Of a DNA stretch of 64,000 nt, positions 12,066 to 24,035 are shown in pieces. Location of the stretch: the NCBI RefSeq assembly GCF_963921235.1, contig NC_086097.1, positions 5,270,001 through 5,334,000 of the forward strand, read 5' to 3'. The stretch is from Mobula hypostoma. Lineage: Eukaryota. The stretch's first letter is position 1, and every line of letters starts with the position of its first letter. Below the pieces are notes generated by a model. It was not told where the DNA came from, made no database searches, and worked only from the letters and a program-made list of their open reading frames with translations. A program made the translations under genes and the position numbers.

Positions 12066-14509
12066 CAGAATCAGAATCAGGTTTAATATCACCAGCATAT
12101 ATCATGAAATTTGCTGACGTAGCAGCAGCAGTACAATGCAATACATGCTAATATATAGAAACAAGAAGTTGGTATATATATATGTATCCCTGGGTATGGG
12201 TATAGCCCCATTGCCTTGTGGCAACCTCGGGAGAGACGAAGGCTACGGGAGTAAACCCAGACAGAAAATGCAGAGTGGAGCCCCTAAGATGATTAGATGT
12301 CACTCAATCATAATTTAGAATTTATTTAAAATCTTACATCCATCCCACCACGTAAGGGGGTAAAAATCTTTGCGTTATGACTCCGTTGCAATGTACAGAC
12401 ATGTGAATTTAAAAGTCTAATGGCTTGTAGGAAGAAGCTGTCCCGTAGCCTGTTGGTCCTGGCTTTAATGCTGCGGTGGTGTTTGCCAGATGGAAGCAGC
12501 TCAAACAGTTTATGGTTGGGGTGTCTGGTGTCCCCAGTGATCTTCCAGGCCTCCTTTCTGCATCTGTTGCTGTAAATGTCCTCAGTGGAGGGAAGTTCAC
12601 ATCCACAGATGTGCTGGGATGTCCGTACCAATCTCTGAAGAGCCCAGTGATCAAGGTTGGTGCAGTTCCCATACCAGGCAGTGATACAACCAGTCGGTAT
12701 GCTCTCAGTGGTGCCCGTAGAAGGTCTTGAGGGTTAGGGGGCCCATGCCAAACTTCTTCATTCATTTGAGGTAGAAGAGATGCTGTTGTGCTTTTTTTCT
12801 CTGCAAAGCTGGTGTTTACAGTCCAGGTGAGATCCTCAGTGATGTGTATACCAAGGAATTTGAAACTACTCACCCTCTCAACAGCAAACCCATTGATGTT
12901 GATTGGACTGGGCCTGTCTCCATTCCTCCTGTAGTCCACAATCAGCTCTTTTGTGTTTTGGAACATTGAGGGAGAGAATGTGTCAGCATGTAAACCTCTC
13001 CTCTGTAGGTTGTCTCATTACTGCTAGAAATAAGGCCAATCAAAGTTGTGTCATCTGTGAATTTGATCAGCAGATTGGATCTGTGTGTAAAGGGACAAGA
13101 GAAAGGGACTCAGGACACAACCCTAGGGGGCATCTGCCCTGGGGGGCAGAGGGACAGAAATGAGGGAGCCCATTCTTACCACCTGTTGGCGATCTGATAA
13201 GAAGTCTAGGATCCAGCTGCATGAGATGGGGAGCAAGTCAAGGTCTCTGAGCTTCCTGTCAACTCTGGAGGGAATTATGGTGCTGAATGCAGAATTTTAG
13301 TCGGGGAACAGCATTCTAACGTATTCACCCCTCTTCTCCAGGTGAGTGAGGATGATGAGTAGTGCTGTGGCTATGGTATCATCAGCAGACTGGTTCTATG
13401 AATAAGCAAGTTGTAGGGGTCCAGTGTGGATGGTAGCATGCTGCAGAAGTAGTCTTTAACCAGCTTCGCAAAACATTTGCTTATAATTGAGGTGAGTGTG
13501 ACAGGGCACCAATTGTTCAGGCATGCTACCTTGATTTTCTTAGCTACAGGGACATGATGGATGATTTGAAACAGGAGAGCACTACACATTGGGAGGGGGA
13601 AGAGATAAAGATGTCCATAAACACACCAGCCAGCTGTTCAGCATGCAATTTGAGGATGCACCCTGAGATGCCATCCAGCCCCGCTGCTTTGCAGCTGTAG
13701 ACATGTTGGAATGTGTTACATACCTCAGCCTCTGAGATGACCAAGGTGCAGGTCTTGTCAGTGGCTGTCCTCTGAGGTTCAGTCCTGTCAACCTCGAATC
13801 AAGTGTAAAAAACATCTAGCTCATCTGGGTGTGAGGCAGCAGTGGTGGCTGTACTGCTGCTTTTCCTCTTGAAAGCTGCAATGGTGTGCAGTCCTCATCA
13901 TATGCTGCATGTGTCACTGACTGGATTTTGTCCTTGTGTTGCCGTTTTGTCACCTTGATGGGTCTACACAAATCAGAGTGGCTTCTCTTGAGCTCCTGTT
14001 GGTCTCCCGAGGCGAAGGCTTTATCCCTTGAGCAGAGAGCAACACATGCTGGACTACTTACCCAAGGTTTCTAGTTTGGGTAGACCTGGACTGATTTTTG
14101 GGGAATAATGTGTTTAATGCACTTTTGAATGAAGGTTGTGATCACCTTTGTGTATTTATAAATGTTCTCAGCTCAAAATATTTCTCAGGTGATGCTATCA
14201 AAGCAGTCTTGTAACAGTGACTCTGATTGGTTGGATCAGCAGTGGATGGTTTTCACTATGGCCGCTTCCTGTTTCAATTTCTGCCTGTAGGTGGGCAGGA
14301 GCAAGATGGAGGAATGGTCAGACTTTCCATATGGAGGGTGGAGAAATGCTTTGTAGGTGTTGTGGAAGGGAGAGTAGCAATGGTCCAGTACGCTTCCTTC
14401 CCGCCGTGTGCTCACCTCAATGTGCTGCCAGAACTTCGGGTAAGTTCTGCTCTGTGATGCTTGGTTATCATTCCAGCAATGATGAAAGCAGCCTCTGGGG
14501 GTGTGGTTT

Positions 14510-15320
14510 AAAAAAACATAGAAACAGAGAAAATAGGTGCAGGAGTAGGCCCTTCGGCCCTTCGAGCCTGCACTGCCATTCGGTATGATCATGGCTGATC
14601 ATCCAACTCAGAACCCTGTTCTGTTGCAAGGACATGGCTGGGGATGAACCCAAGTGCAGGACACAGATGCTGAGGCAGAGTCATTAGACATAGCCCCTTC
14701 ACGAACGGGGAGTCAATATCCAGGAGACGAAGCGAAGCTTAGAACTAACAGTTCTCAGGAATAGGAAACAGGGTTTGCTCTCACGAGAGTCAACCAACAA
14801 ACTGGCGGCTTCTTGCTGTGGTTGCAGGGTTTTTATCTTGCTGTTTGATGGGAAGCAGGTGCGTGTAGTTAGTGGTACTTGGGAATGATTGGAATTTAAA
14901 TAAGGTGATTGAGGCCCAAATCTTGAGGCAAATGGCAAGGTGGGGGATTGCCAGGCGGAACCATGACATGTACCTGCTTTCTCTCCATACCCGCGATCCC
15001 TTTAGCCACAAGGGCCATATCTAACTCCCTCTTAAATATAGCCAATGAACTGACCTCAACTGTTTCCTGTGGCAGAGAATTCCACAGATTCACCACTCTC
15101 TGTGTGAAGAAGTTTTTCCTCATCTCGGTCCTAAAAGGCTTCCCCTTTATCCTTAAACTGTGACCCCTCGTTCTGGACTTCCCCAACATCAGGAACAATC
15201 TTCCTGCATCTAGCCTGTCCAATCCCTTTAGAATTTTATATGTTTCAATAAGATCCCTCCTCAATCTTCTAAATTCCAGCGAGTATAAGCCTAGTCGATC
15301 CAGTCTTTCTTCATATGAAA
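14510..15320 (-). mobile_element. CR1 3' fragment (young subfamily) inserted in Rex1
   Basis: SYEERLDRLGLYSLEFRRLRRDLIETYKI...FFTQRVVNLWNSLP; (tttctatg)-type tail; possible TSD GTTT at 14506-14509 and 15321-15324. Confidence 0.92.
14622..14968 (-). mobile_element. Solo LTR inserted in the CR1 3' UTR
   Basis: TGT...ACA termini; 5-bp TSD TGTTC/TGTAC (14617-14621, 14969-14973); the CR1 tail is continuous once it is removed (compare 55650-55700). Confidence 0.75.
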
Positions 15321-16249
15321 GTTTCGCGGTTATTGATGGTTTTGCAAAGTTCATTGAGAGCCAGCTTGGTATTGGACTGTGGTGGGATGTACACAGCTGC
15401 AATAATAACAGACGTGAATTCTCTGGACAGCCAGAAAGGTCGACATAGCAGCACAAGGAACTCCAGATCTGGAGAGCACAAGGCTTTGTGGGCGTGCGCA
15501 CTACCTGGGTCACACTAAGTGTTGTTCACCATGAAACATACTCCTCCACCTTTACATTTCCCGGAGAGATCTTTAGACCTGTCTGCTCGGAACACAGAGA
15601 ACCCAATGGGTTCGATGGCTTGGTCTGGCATTTCCTCTGCCAACCAGGTTTCAGTGAAGCATAAGCAGTGCTTTGTTTCCCATTGGTAGGATATTCTGGC
15701 TCTCAGCTCACATAACTTGTTGTCCACTGACTGTATGTTAGCCAGGAGTATGCTTGGGAGTGGCAGGCCGATGTGCATGCCGTCTTAACCTAACCAAGAG
15801 GCTGCCTCTTCTTCCTCACCTCTGGCAATGGTTCCTCGGCAGTACCGGTGTGGTGAATGAACCTCCCATGCTTTGTGCGAGCTAGGAGTCCCACTGGTAG
15901 AAAGCAAAACTTAATGATTAAATGCCATCTTTCCGATGTTCAAAAGAGTCGGTCAATCATACCTAATGTGACTTTCAACTTCTTGTAAAAGGAGTGCAGA
16001 AAGAAAGAGAGATAAACAGAAAATTACAATGCCAATTCGGAGTACACAACATGGCTGCTGTGCACGGCGCCATCTTGGCAGATTCAATGATCAGCCTTCT
16101 GGCAGCTCCTGCAGCCAATCTGGTGCCAAACACATTGCTTCACATTCCTTTGGACTACACCGGTGAGGCTGAGAGTGGGATCTTAATGACTGGGCATCCC
16201 AGGATCTCTTTACCTTCCACACAGGCTGACCAACAGCTCACATCCACTA

Positions 16250-16830
16250 TCCTTCGAGACAGATGCCATCATCATTATGTATGTATATTAAATAGTTAAA
16301 TTAAAAATAGTGCAAAAAACAGAAATAATAGAAAAGCGAGGTAGGGTTCGTGGGTTTAATGTCCATTTAGGAATCAGATGGCAGAGGAAAGGAAGCTGTT
16401 CCTGAATTGCTGGGTGTGTGCCCTCAGGCTTCTTCACCTCCTAGCTGATGGTAACAACGTGAAGTGGGCATGACCTGGGTTATCTGGGTCCTTAATGGAT
16501 GCCATCTTTCTGAGGCATTACTCCTTGAAGATTTCTTAGGTACTATGGAGACGAGTACCCAAGATAGAGCTGACTAATTTTGCAACTTTTCTGTAGCTTC
16601 TTTCAATCCCGTGCGTTGCATCTCCACCCCAAACCAGATAGTGATGCAACCTATCAGAATGGTCTGCACGTTACATCTCTAGAACTTTGAGAGTTTTTTA
16701 GTTGACAAACCAAATCTCCTCAAACTCCTAATGAAATATAACCGCTGTCCTGTCTTCTTTATAGCTGCATTGAAATATTGTGTCCAAGTTAGGTCCTCAG
16801 ATCTTTACACCCAGGAACTTGAAATTTCTT
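16250..16830 (-). mobile_element. Rex1-type 3' fragment, degenerate
   Basis: Reverse complement of FKFLGV..SEDLTW and QRLYF-like motifs. Confidence 0.7.
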
Positions 16831-18129
16831 ATTCTTTCCAGATGGTTCTGAGTTTGGAGCAGAGGGATAGGAAAATACTGTTAAAACTACCTTTGCTAAT
16901 GCGGACCAGTGCCAACCCTGACTCTTCTCCAAGTTATCATCAATTGGCAGTTGATGTGGCAATTGCTTATTTTTCTAGTCCATTAGTTAAATCGTTATAG
17001 GATCTTGATGATATCATCAATGCCCAGTTTTACCCTCTGAGTTCCCTAAGTTTCTCCTTCGTTTTCTGTGTGATGTGGAAAGATGAAGGGGCTGGTTCAT
17101 GTACCTCCAAAGGTGGGTGGCACCCTGTGATTTGCATAGGGTAAAACCGAATAGGGAGGGTCACTGTTGTCACGTACAGCCAAGATCAGGGAAAGAATGA
17201 AGATTTCTTTAAGGCAATTAAATCTCAAGTCATTACGATTGTCCAGGTTTCATCATATGACTGTGGACTGGGCTTTCAGAATGACAAAATAGTTCACTCT
17301 GTTCAAGGATGAAAGATTGGGAAATAAGTATCAGTGAGACCATAAGACATAGAATAGTACAGTGCAGGAACCAACCCTTCAGCCTACAATGTTGTGCTGA
17401 ACCAAATACATTAGTAACTAAACTAATCCCTCATACCTACACAATGTCCACTTCCCTCCACTTCCCTTTCATTCGTGTCCTTTATCTGCCTCTGCACCAA
17501 CTTCCCTTTTGGAGTTGAGCTGTTACACCAGCTGTATGCGCTGGTGTGAACTGTAGTCTCGAAGGTGCACAGCAGTTAGGGCGTGTCATGTATGGCCAAA
17601 TCAAGGCTGTGGGGCCTGTGTCCGAGAGCAGGGGATGTTGTGTATTTAATATTTCAATAATATTTGAGTAATCTCCTATATATATATATATAGGTTGATC
17701 AAGCATTCATGCTAATTTAAATAATTCATCAGGGGTTATATGCATAAATACGAGAAATGCATACATCATCACACTACCACATGATACATGCACATCCCAC
17801 TTAAAGTAAACACAAAGTTAGACCCATACTTTCAGATTCCCTTGTCTTCCTTTTCATTAGTTTAATGTTTTGAAGTTAGAAAACATTATATTGGCAGAGG
17901 TATTTTTAAAATGAACCTAAGATGGCTATCAACCTTTTGAAGCACAGGGAGATGTTCATGCTAAAAGAAGTTCAGCAAGGAACATAGAGTTAAAAAAAAG
18001 CCACGCTGCTTGTGACCGTCAGATGGGAAGACATGATTGAGTTAAAAAAGTCAGAAAATTGAAGATTTCAACGGTTCATAAAAAGTGAGTATCGGGTGAT
18101 AATAATCATAAAAAATCAGAAGGGTTGAT

Positions 18130-19340
18130 TACACAACAGGTAACTGTCTTATGTATACTGAGTTAATTTAACAATATTTTGATGAAAATGAAATAGCCAA
18201 TGAGAAATGAGTACCAATTTTGCTGAATGCATTAGGTCTAGAAGCATACAGTTTGCTTCAAAGTTCAACTGCTCCACCACACCAGCAGAAATGAGAATTG
18301 TTGATATTGTCAAGGTAACGTAGAAACATTTAGAATGAAAGTGATTGTCAATTGCAGAATATTTTAGGTTTCATAAGTGGAATTTGAAAAAAAGAGCAGT
18401 ACATTTCAGTGTAAATGGCTCCATTGAAGAGATTTTCTGAGCATTGTCAGTTCAGTCATGGGCTTATTGATACACTGAGAGATCATTCAGTTTGTGGAAT
18501 CTGGCAAGAAAGCATTCAAAAACAACTCCTAACTGAAGCGCCACTTACATTCAAGAGAGCAGTCAAACTTGCTGTTTCAATGGAAACCGCAGATAGAGAT
18601 TCAGTTGAGTTGCAGTCAGGAATGAAGGTGAGCGTCCACTAAATTGCAACAGAAGTTGGCCTGACCAAACAAGTTGTGTAACTGTTGTGGCAGGTGCTCA
18701 CATGCATCAGGCCGATGCAGATTTAAAGGTGAAACTTGCAAAAACTGCAACAAAGTAGAACACAAACAAAGAGCTTTTTGGGCAGACAAAAGTAAATTGA
18801 ATGTATAGGGAAGAGAAGAAGTTAAAAAGCCAAGTTGCAGTTTTCAAAAAGAGCACTAATCTGAACACTTCTGATGAAAAATCTGATAATAATGAAAGTA
18901 ACACAGGATTGTGTAGACTTGAGAATTATAGTGAAAACAAACAACAGACAAGCAATATAACTTCTGGTAGAAGTGAATGGCAATTAAATTGAAATGGAAA
19001 TAGACACTGGTTCAGCTGTTTCGGTCATTCCACAAAATGAGTCTGAATGGCATTTCAAAAATATTGAACTGAAGCCTGCAGATTTCCAACTCGGAACTTA
19101 TACTGGAGAAAAGATATCTCCTGTGGGAATGACATTCATAACAGTGAAATACAACAACCAAAAGCCACATTGTGCTTGTATGTGGTAAAAACAAGACAAC
19201 CAGCAATGTGGAGACATGATTGGCTGAGGCAACTACACCTGGATTGGAGATCCATCCACTATTTTCATGTCGCATCCCCTGCAATAAAGCCAATTGAAAG
19301 TGAATTTAAAAAAGTTCTGTATGATGCCACAACTGTCTAC
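18130..19340 (+). pseudogene. Gypsy gag-protease remnant
   Basis: QYFDENEIANEK.VPILLNALG; LKRFSEHCQF..LRDHSVCGI..IQKQLLTE..LTFKRAV; two degenerate CCHC knuckles at about 18671-18778; MEIDTGSAVSVI aspartic protease; RHDWLRQL. Confidence 0.9.
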
Positions 19341-19382
19341 ATGCTAAACATCATGAACTATTCCCCAGCAGAGGACAAACAG

Positions 19383-20142
19383 GTGTCGGTGTGGACCTCT
19401 GTGCCTCTGGTCGAAAAGTATATTGGATAACGGAAGGACAGAAGGGCAACGCTGCTCAGAGGAATCGTGAAAAGTGATGAAAACAGTAGTCCAACTACAA
19501 CAGTTTTTGTTGTCAACATGTCTGAGAAAGCTTCCGAAATATTAATCTTAGAACATAGAACATAAAAAATCTACAGCACATCGCATTCCTTTTGGCCCAC
19601 AATGTTGTACTGACCATGTAACCTACTCTAGAAACTGCCTAGGATTTCCCTACTGCATAGCCGTCTGATTTTCTAAGCTCCATGTACCTACCTAAGAGTC
19701 CCTTAAAAGACCTTATTGTATCCACCTCTACCACTGTCACTGGCAGTGCATTCCATGCACCTACCACTCTCAGTAATTCCTTGTGAAATATTGCTTGGTT
19801 TTAAGCTAGAAGAGAGTTCAAGGAGCTTCAGAAAAGTTGTGAGCATTCAGCTTTTGAGTTAAGGTTATTGTATAAACTTCAAATGGCAGACAAAAAAGCT
19901 GCTTGTAAAAGTAAATGCAAAGACCAAACCCCAGCTCAATGAAAGGAAGTCCAAAAAGAAAGGAATCAATGGAGATACGAAAACAGAATTTCTCAGAAGA
20001 TGGCATCGATGAGGAAAGCTCGAGAAGAGATCAGATCATAACGGGAGCGATAGGAGTATTAATAAGAGAATACTCCAGTGAACTAAATTCACCTTCCAAA
20101 GATCAAGATGCGCAAACTAGAAGAAAAGAAAGAGAAGAAAGG
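19383..20142 (+). pseudogene. RBM25: Processed (intronless) fragment of RNA-binding protein 25, RRM region, inside the Gypsy element; split by a CR1 insertion
   Basis: SDENSSPTTTVFVVNMSEKASEILI / LVKYCLVLS*KRVQGASEKL*AFSF / LRLLYKLQMADK, KLLVKVNAKTKPQLNERKSKKKG / DEESSRRDQIITGAIGVLIREYSSELNSPS match recalled vertebrate RBM25 (DENCGPTTTVFVGNISEKASDMLIRQLLAKCGLVLSWKRVQGASGKLQAFGF...KKLLVKVDAKTKAQLDEWK...RRDQMIKGAIEVLIREYSSELNAPS). Confidence 0.93.
19549..19772 (-). mobile_element. CR1 3' end inserted into the RBM25 fragment
   Basis: agaacatagaacata tail; ggcagtgcattccatgcacctaccactct; RBM25 homology resumes immediately after. Confidence 0.85.
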
Positions 20143-20330
20143 CATAGAGAGCTGTCAAAACCACGTTCTGCAGTCTCAGAGTCAACTCCTACAACCACCA
20201 CGAGGAGCGCCCAGAACCAGGGGTTGTTTTCACAGTCACAAGTCTCACCTGCCAAGCAGAGTGACACCCCTTGTCATGACAGTAGTTAGCCCACAGGAGT
20301 AAGAAAGTCTCCGCAATGATTAAATCTTTA
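20143..20330 (+). pseudogene. Gypsy pol C-terminal tail (post-integrase)
   Basis: Pro/Ser/Thr-rich stretch ending SS*PTGVRKSPQ*LNL, a decayed RRYPxRxRxPPxRL motif, just upstream of the 3' LTR. Confidence 0.7.
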
Positions 20331-20557
20331 CACCTGAATGGGACAATTTAAAAATACACTATGTTGTAGATATCTATATATAGTAGTTGTATTATATAGT
20401 AAAATGTGTGCACAGTTATATTGAGTTTGAGTTTATAGCACAGTACAGTGGAGTGTTGTGTATTTAATATTTTAAAAATATTTGAGTAATCGTACATATA
20501 TACTGTATTGGCTGATTAAGCATTATAGTTCATTTTAATAATTTATTACTGGCTATA

Positions 20558-21902
20558 CAGTATTCAGCCCCCACCCCCTTGGAGCTTTCATGTCTTATCG
20601 TCTTACAACATTGAATCACAGTGGATTCAATTTGGCTTTTTTGACACTGATCAACAGAAAAGGGACTCTTCCGTTTCAAAGTGAAAACAGATCTCTACAA
20701 AGTGAGCTCAATAAATTATAAATATATAACACAAAATAACTGATTGCATAAGTATTCGCCCCTTTAATATGACACACCAAATCCTCACTGGTGTGGCCAT
20801 CTGGTTTTAGAAGTCACATAATTAGTTAAAAGGAGATCTGTTTTTGGAGACCCATGTGCAGTCAACGTGTTTCAAATGACTGTAGTAAAAATACACCTCT
20901 ATCTGGAAGGTCCAACTGCTGGTGAGTCAGTATCCTGGCAAAAACGACACCATGGAGACAAAAGAACACTCCATGCAATTCCACGAAAAGATTGTTGAAA
21001 AGCACAAGTAAGGAGATGGATAGAAGAAAATTTCCAAGATACTGAATATTCCTTGGAGTATAGTTAAGTTGGCTGGAGTTTGCCAGAAGGCATGTGGGAG
21101 ACTCTGAGGTCAGCTGAAAGAAAGTTCTACAGTCTGATGAAACCAAAATTGAGCTTTTTGGCCATCAGACTAAACGCAATGTTTGGCATAAGCAAAACAC
21201 CTCACATCATCAAAAATACACCATCCCTACCGTGAAGCACGATGGTGCTGCATCATGTTGGGAGATACTTCCCTACAACAGGCCCTGGAAAGCTTGTGAA
21301 GGTAGATGGTAAAATGAATGCAACGAAATACAGGGAAATCCAGGAGGAATACCTGATGCAGTCTGCAAGAGAACCACAACTTGGGAGAAGATTTTTGTTT
21401 TCCAGCAAGACAATGACCCCAAGCATAAAGCCAAAGCTACAAAGTTAATGTCTTGGAGTGGCCAAGTCAGAATCCAGACCTCTATCCAATCGAGAATTTG
21501 TGGCTGGACCTGAAAAAGGCTGTTCACTCACGATCCCCATGCAATTTGGCAGAGCTTAAGCAGTTTTGTAAAGAAGAATGGGGAAATATTGAAGTGTCCA
21601 GATATGCAAAGCTGATAGAGACCTATCCACACAGACTCAAGGCTGTAATTGCTGCCAAAGGTTCATCTACCAAATACTGACTTGTAGGAAGTGAGTAATT
21701 ATGCAATCAATTATTTTGTGTTTAGTAATTACAATGAATTTACATCAATCCATAGAAATTTGTTTTCATTTTGACACAGAAGAGTCTTTTCTGTTGATCA
21801 GTGTCAAAAAAATCCAAATTAAATCCATTGTGATTCAATGTTGTAAAACAGTAAAACATGAAGATTTCTGTGGAGGAGGGTGAATACTTTCTATAGGCAC
21901 TA
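20558..21902 (+). mobile_element. Tc1-family DNA transposon, decayed, inserted in the Gypsy 3' LTR
   Basis: Long (about 200 bp) imperfect TIRs, TA on both flanks; SDETKIELFG, PTVKH, QQDNDPKHKAK, EWPSQNPDLYPIENLW (DD34E type). Confidence 0.93.
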
Positions 21903-22009
21903 TATGTATAAATAATTAATACTATGTGATACGTGTGCACCTCACTTAAAGTAAACATGGAATTAGACCTGCATTTTCAAACTCTCTTGTCTCCTTTTGA
22001 ATTAATTTG

Positions 22010-22438
22010 AATTAATTGGGTCTTTATTCTTTGCAGCGTAGAAGGTTGGGGGGGACTTGATAAAGGTATTTAAAATTATGAGGGGGATGGATAGAGTTGT
22101 CGTGGATAGGCTTTTTCCATTGAGAGTGGGGGAAATTCAAACAAGAGGACATGAGTTGAGAGTTAAAGGGCAAAAGTTTAGGGGTAACATGAGGGGGAAC
22201 TTTACTCAGAGAGTGGTAGCTGTGTGGAACGAGCTTCCAGCAGAAGTGGTAGAGACAGGTTCGATGTTGTCATTTAAAGTTAAATTGGATAGATATATGG
22301 ACAGGAAAGGAATGAAGGGTTATGGGCTGAGTGCAGGTCGGTGGGACTAGGTGAGAGTAAGAGTTCGGCATGGACTAGAAGGGCCAAGATGGCCTGTTTC
22401 CGTGCTGTAATTGTTAAATGGTTATATGGTTATTTGGT
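22010..22438 (+). mobile_element. CR1 3' fragment inserted in the Gypsy 3' LTR
   Basis: IKVFKIMRGMDRV..TRGHELRV..FTQRVVAVWNELP; (tatatggt)n tail. Confidence 0.9.
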
Positions 22439-23589
22439 TAATTCAATGTTTTGAAATTACAAAACATAACAGAGAACAAGCCAAAGTTTGGCCATTGAAG
22501 CAGACTTGTAGGCGATTAAAAGTGGCAGAACTGAGGTGAGGCAGATTCGAGGCAGCGTGGCCCATGCCTGAGAGTAAGGAACAAGCTGATGTTTAACAAA
22601 TTTAAGCAGCGGACCGAATTGTATGGGCGAAACAAAGTGGTGGTTTCCAGGCCAAGGGCATACCTAAATGGTAGGGCCCACATCCGAGAGCAAGGTATGA
22701 CCAGAGGTTTGGATAATTTCAGTGCCGAGTGAGATTGAAAAGGTCAGAGTGTCAGGGTCAGAGGCAAGGGGCAGAGCAGTTCAGCTCACTGCTCACGAGG
22801 TTTACTCATCTCTGCACTGCAGTGAGGTTGAGCTCTGCAACTAACGGGCTCCTGGATCATCAGCTTTTGGTTTCATGGCTGTGGACTCTCTTTTGTAAAC
22901 TTCAGTTCTAAGTATTACTTGCTTACTTTTATTGCTTACATGACTTGCTTTTCCCTGCATGGTTTGACCTTTTTTTAATGGGTTCTACTGAGTTTCTTTG
23001 TTTTGTGGCAATCTAAGGAGGCGAATCTCAAGGTTGTGTAAAGTATACACACTCTAGTAATAAATGTACTTTGAACAATTATAATGGACAGAAAGCTGCA
23101 GAAAGTGGTGGACTCAGGTCATGTGATTAAAGAGAGAGACAGAAATATTAAACAGAATTACAATTTCTAACACTAATTATCTTTTTGAAGGACTGAGATT
23201 CCACTTGTTATGTTATTTTTTTAAGGTCAGAGAGGTGGTTGGCACTTAATTATCACACTGTGGAAAACTCATTCGGAACTGTGGCTCTTTGCTTTCTCAC
23301 TCATTTCAATGCAGAACTATAGGCCAGTATTATACAGTCACAACATTATTTCCTGTCAGTGCTGTGTCTGTCTCCAAGATCTGGAACAGAACGTCCTGCT
23401 CAGAAGTGAAGTTCATCTGCCAGATACGTCCAGTTTTCCATTTGTATTGTGGCATAATTCTCATTAGTTTAATTTCATGTAGAAATGAGCACTGTTAATC
23501 CAACCACTATTCGTATTGCAAACTATATCACATTGTTAACTTTCATTAGTAATCCTAGAAGGTTGCATTTTCTATGTTGACACATAAAT

Positions 23590-24035
23590 GCACATAGGGC
23601 GTTTGTGATGTCCAGGGAGGGGTAACACCTGTGGTGAAGGGGTTTGACATGTCCTTCCTGGGGCATCTGCCACACCCTGGTACACCAATTCAACAGACAG
23701 ACTAAACTGGGTGAGGGTAGCTGGCGGCCTCATAACCCAGTGAGATGGGGACATACTTGTCCTAGCACGTGAAGTCAGCTCCGGTGGACTGGGCAGATGA
23801 GATCTCCAGTGAGATCCACTGGCCAGGAAGTTGGTACTGCAACGCTCCATGGAGAGCGAAGGACATGACAGGGCACAGAAGGTCACCCGCTGCAACCAAA
23901 GAAGACTGCAGTTTGTAATGCTCGCTTGTATCAGTGGACCTGGATTTCTGAGGTTGAGAGACTGGAACCACCCCAGTGTAACGGCTTTTCTATTTTAAAA
24001 ACTTTCCCGCATAGGCTTCCTGTCATCTTTGGGCA
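23590..24035 (+). mobile_element. RTE-related 5' UTR / SINE-like repeat
   Basis: gggaggggtaacacc...ggtgaagggg start and cctagcacgtgaagtcagctcc resemble recalled RTE 5' sequences. Confidence 0.45.

Larger units (their letters stand above)
12310..16078 (-). mobile_element. Near full-length degenerate Rex1/Babar LINE with nested CR1 and LTR
   Basis: 5' end CAAGATGGCGCC; LPSILLANIQSVDNK, FTETWL, GGGVCFMVN (EN); KSDH; PVTLTSIISKCF (RT); TKELIVDYR, FKFLGIHITEDLTW; LRDSFF. Confidence 0.9.
17636..22471 (+). mobile_element. Gypsy LTR retrotransposon, internally substituted and decayed
   Basis: 5' LTR 17636-17890 (TGTTGTGTATTTAATATTT...); PBS-like TTGGCAGAGG; gag; protease; integrase tail; 3' LTR 20454-22471 (same start, ends CATAACA) split by Tc1 and CR1. 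Confidence 0.9.
17520..23075 (+). mobile_element. Non-autonomous element (about 17520-17635 plus 22472-23075) hosting the Gypsy insertion
   Basis: A ccgagagca(g/a)gg motif recurs on both sides of the Gypsy element; ends taataaatgtactttgaac. Confidence 0.5.

Noticed and set aside
17130..17137. Octamer ATTTGCAT as an immunoglobulin promoter
   Set aside because: No leader or V exon downstream; expected by chance in 64 kb
19915..20289. Functional RBM25 exon of a host gene
   Set aside because: Embedded between LTRs, intronless, with stops, frameshifts and a CR1 insertion
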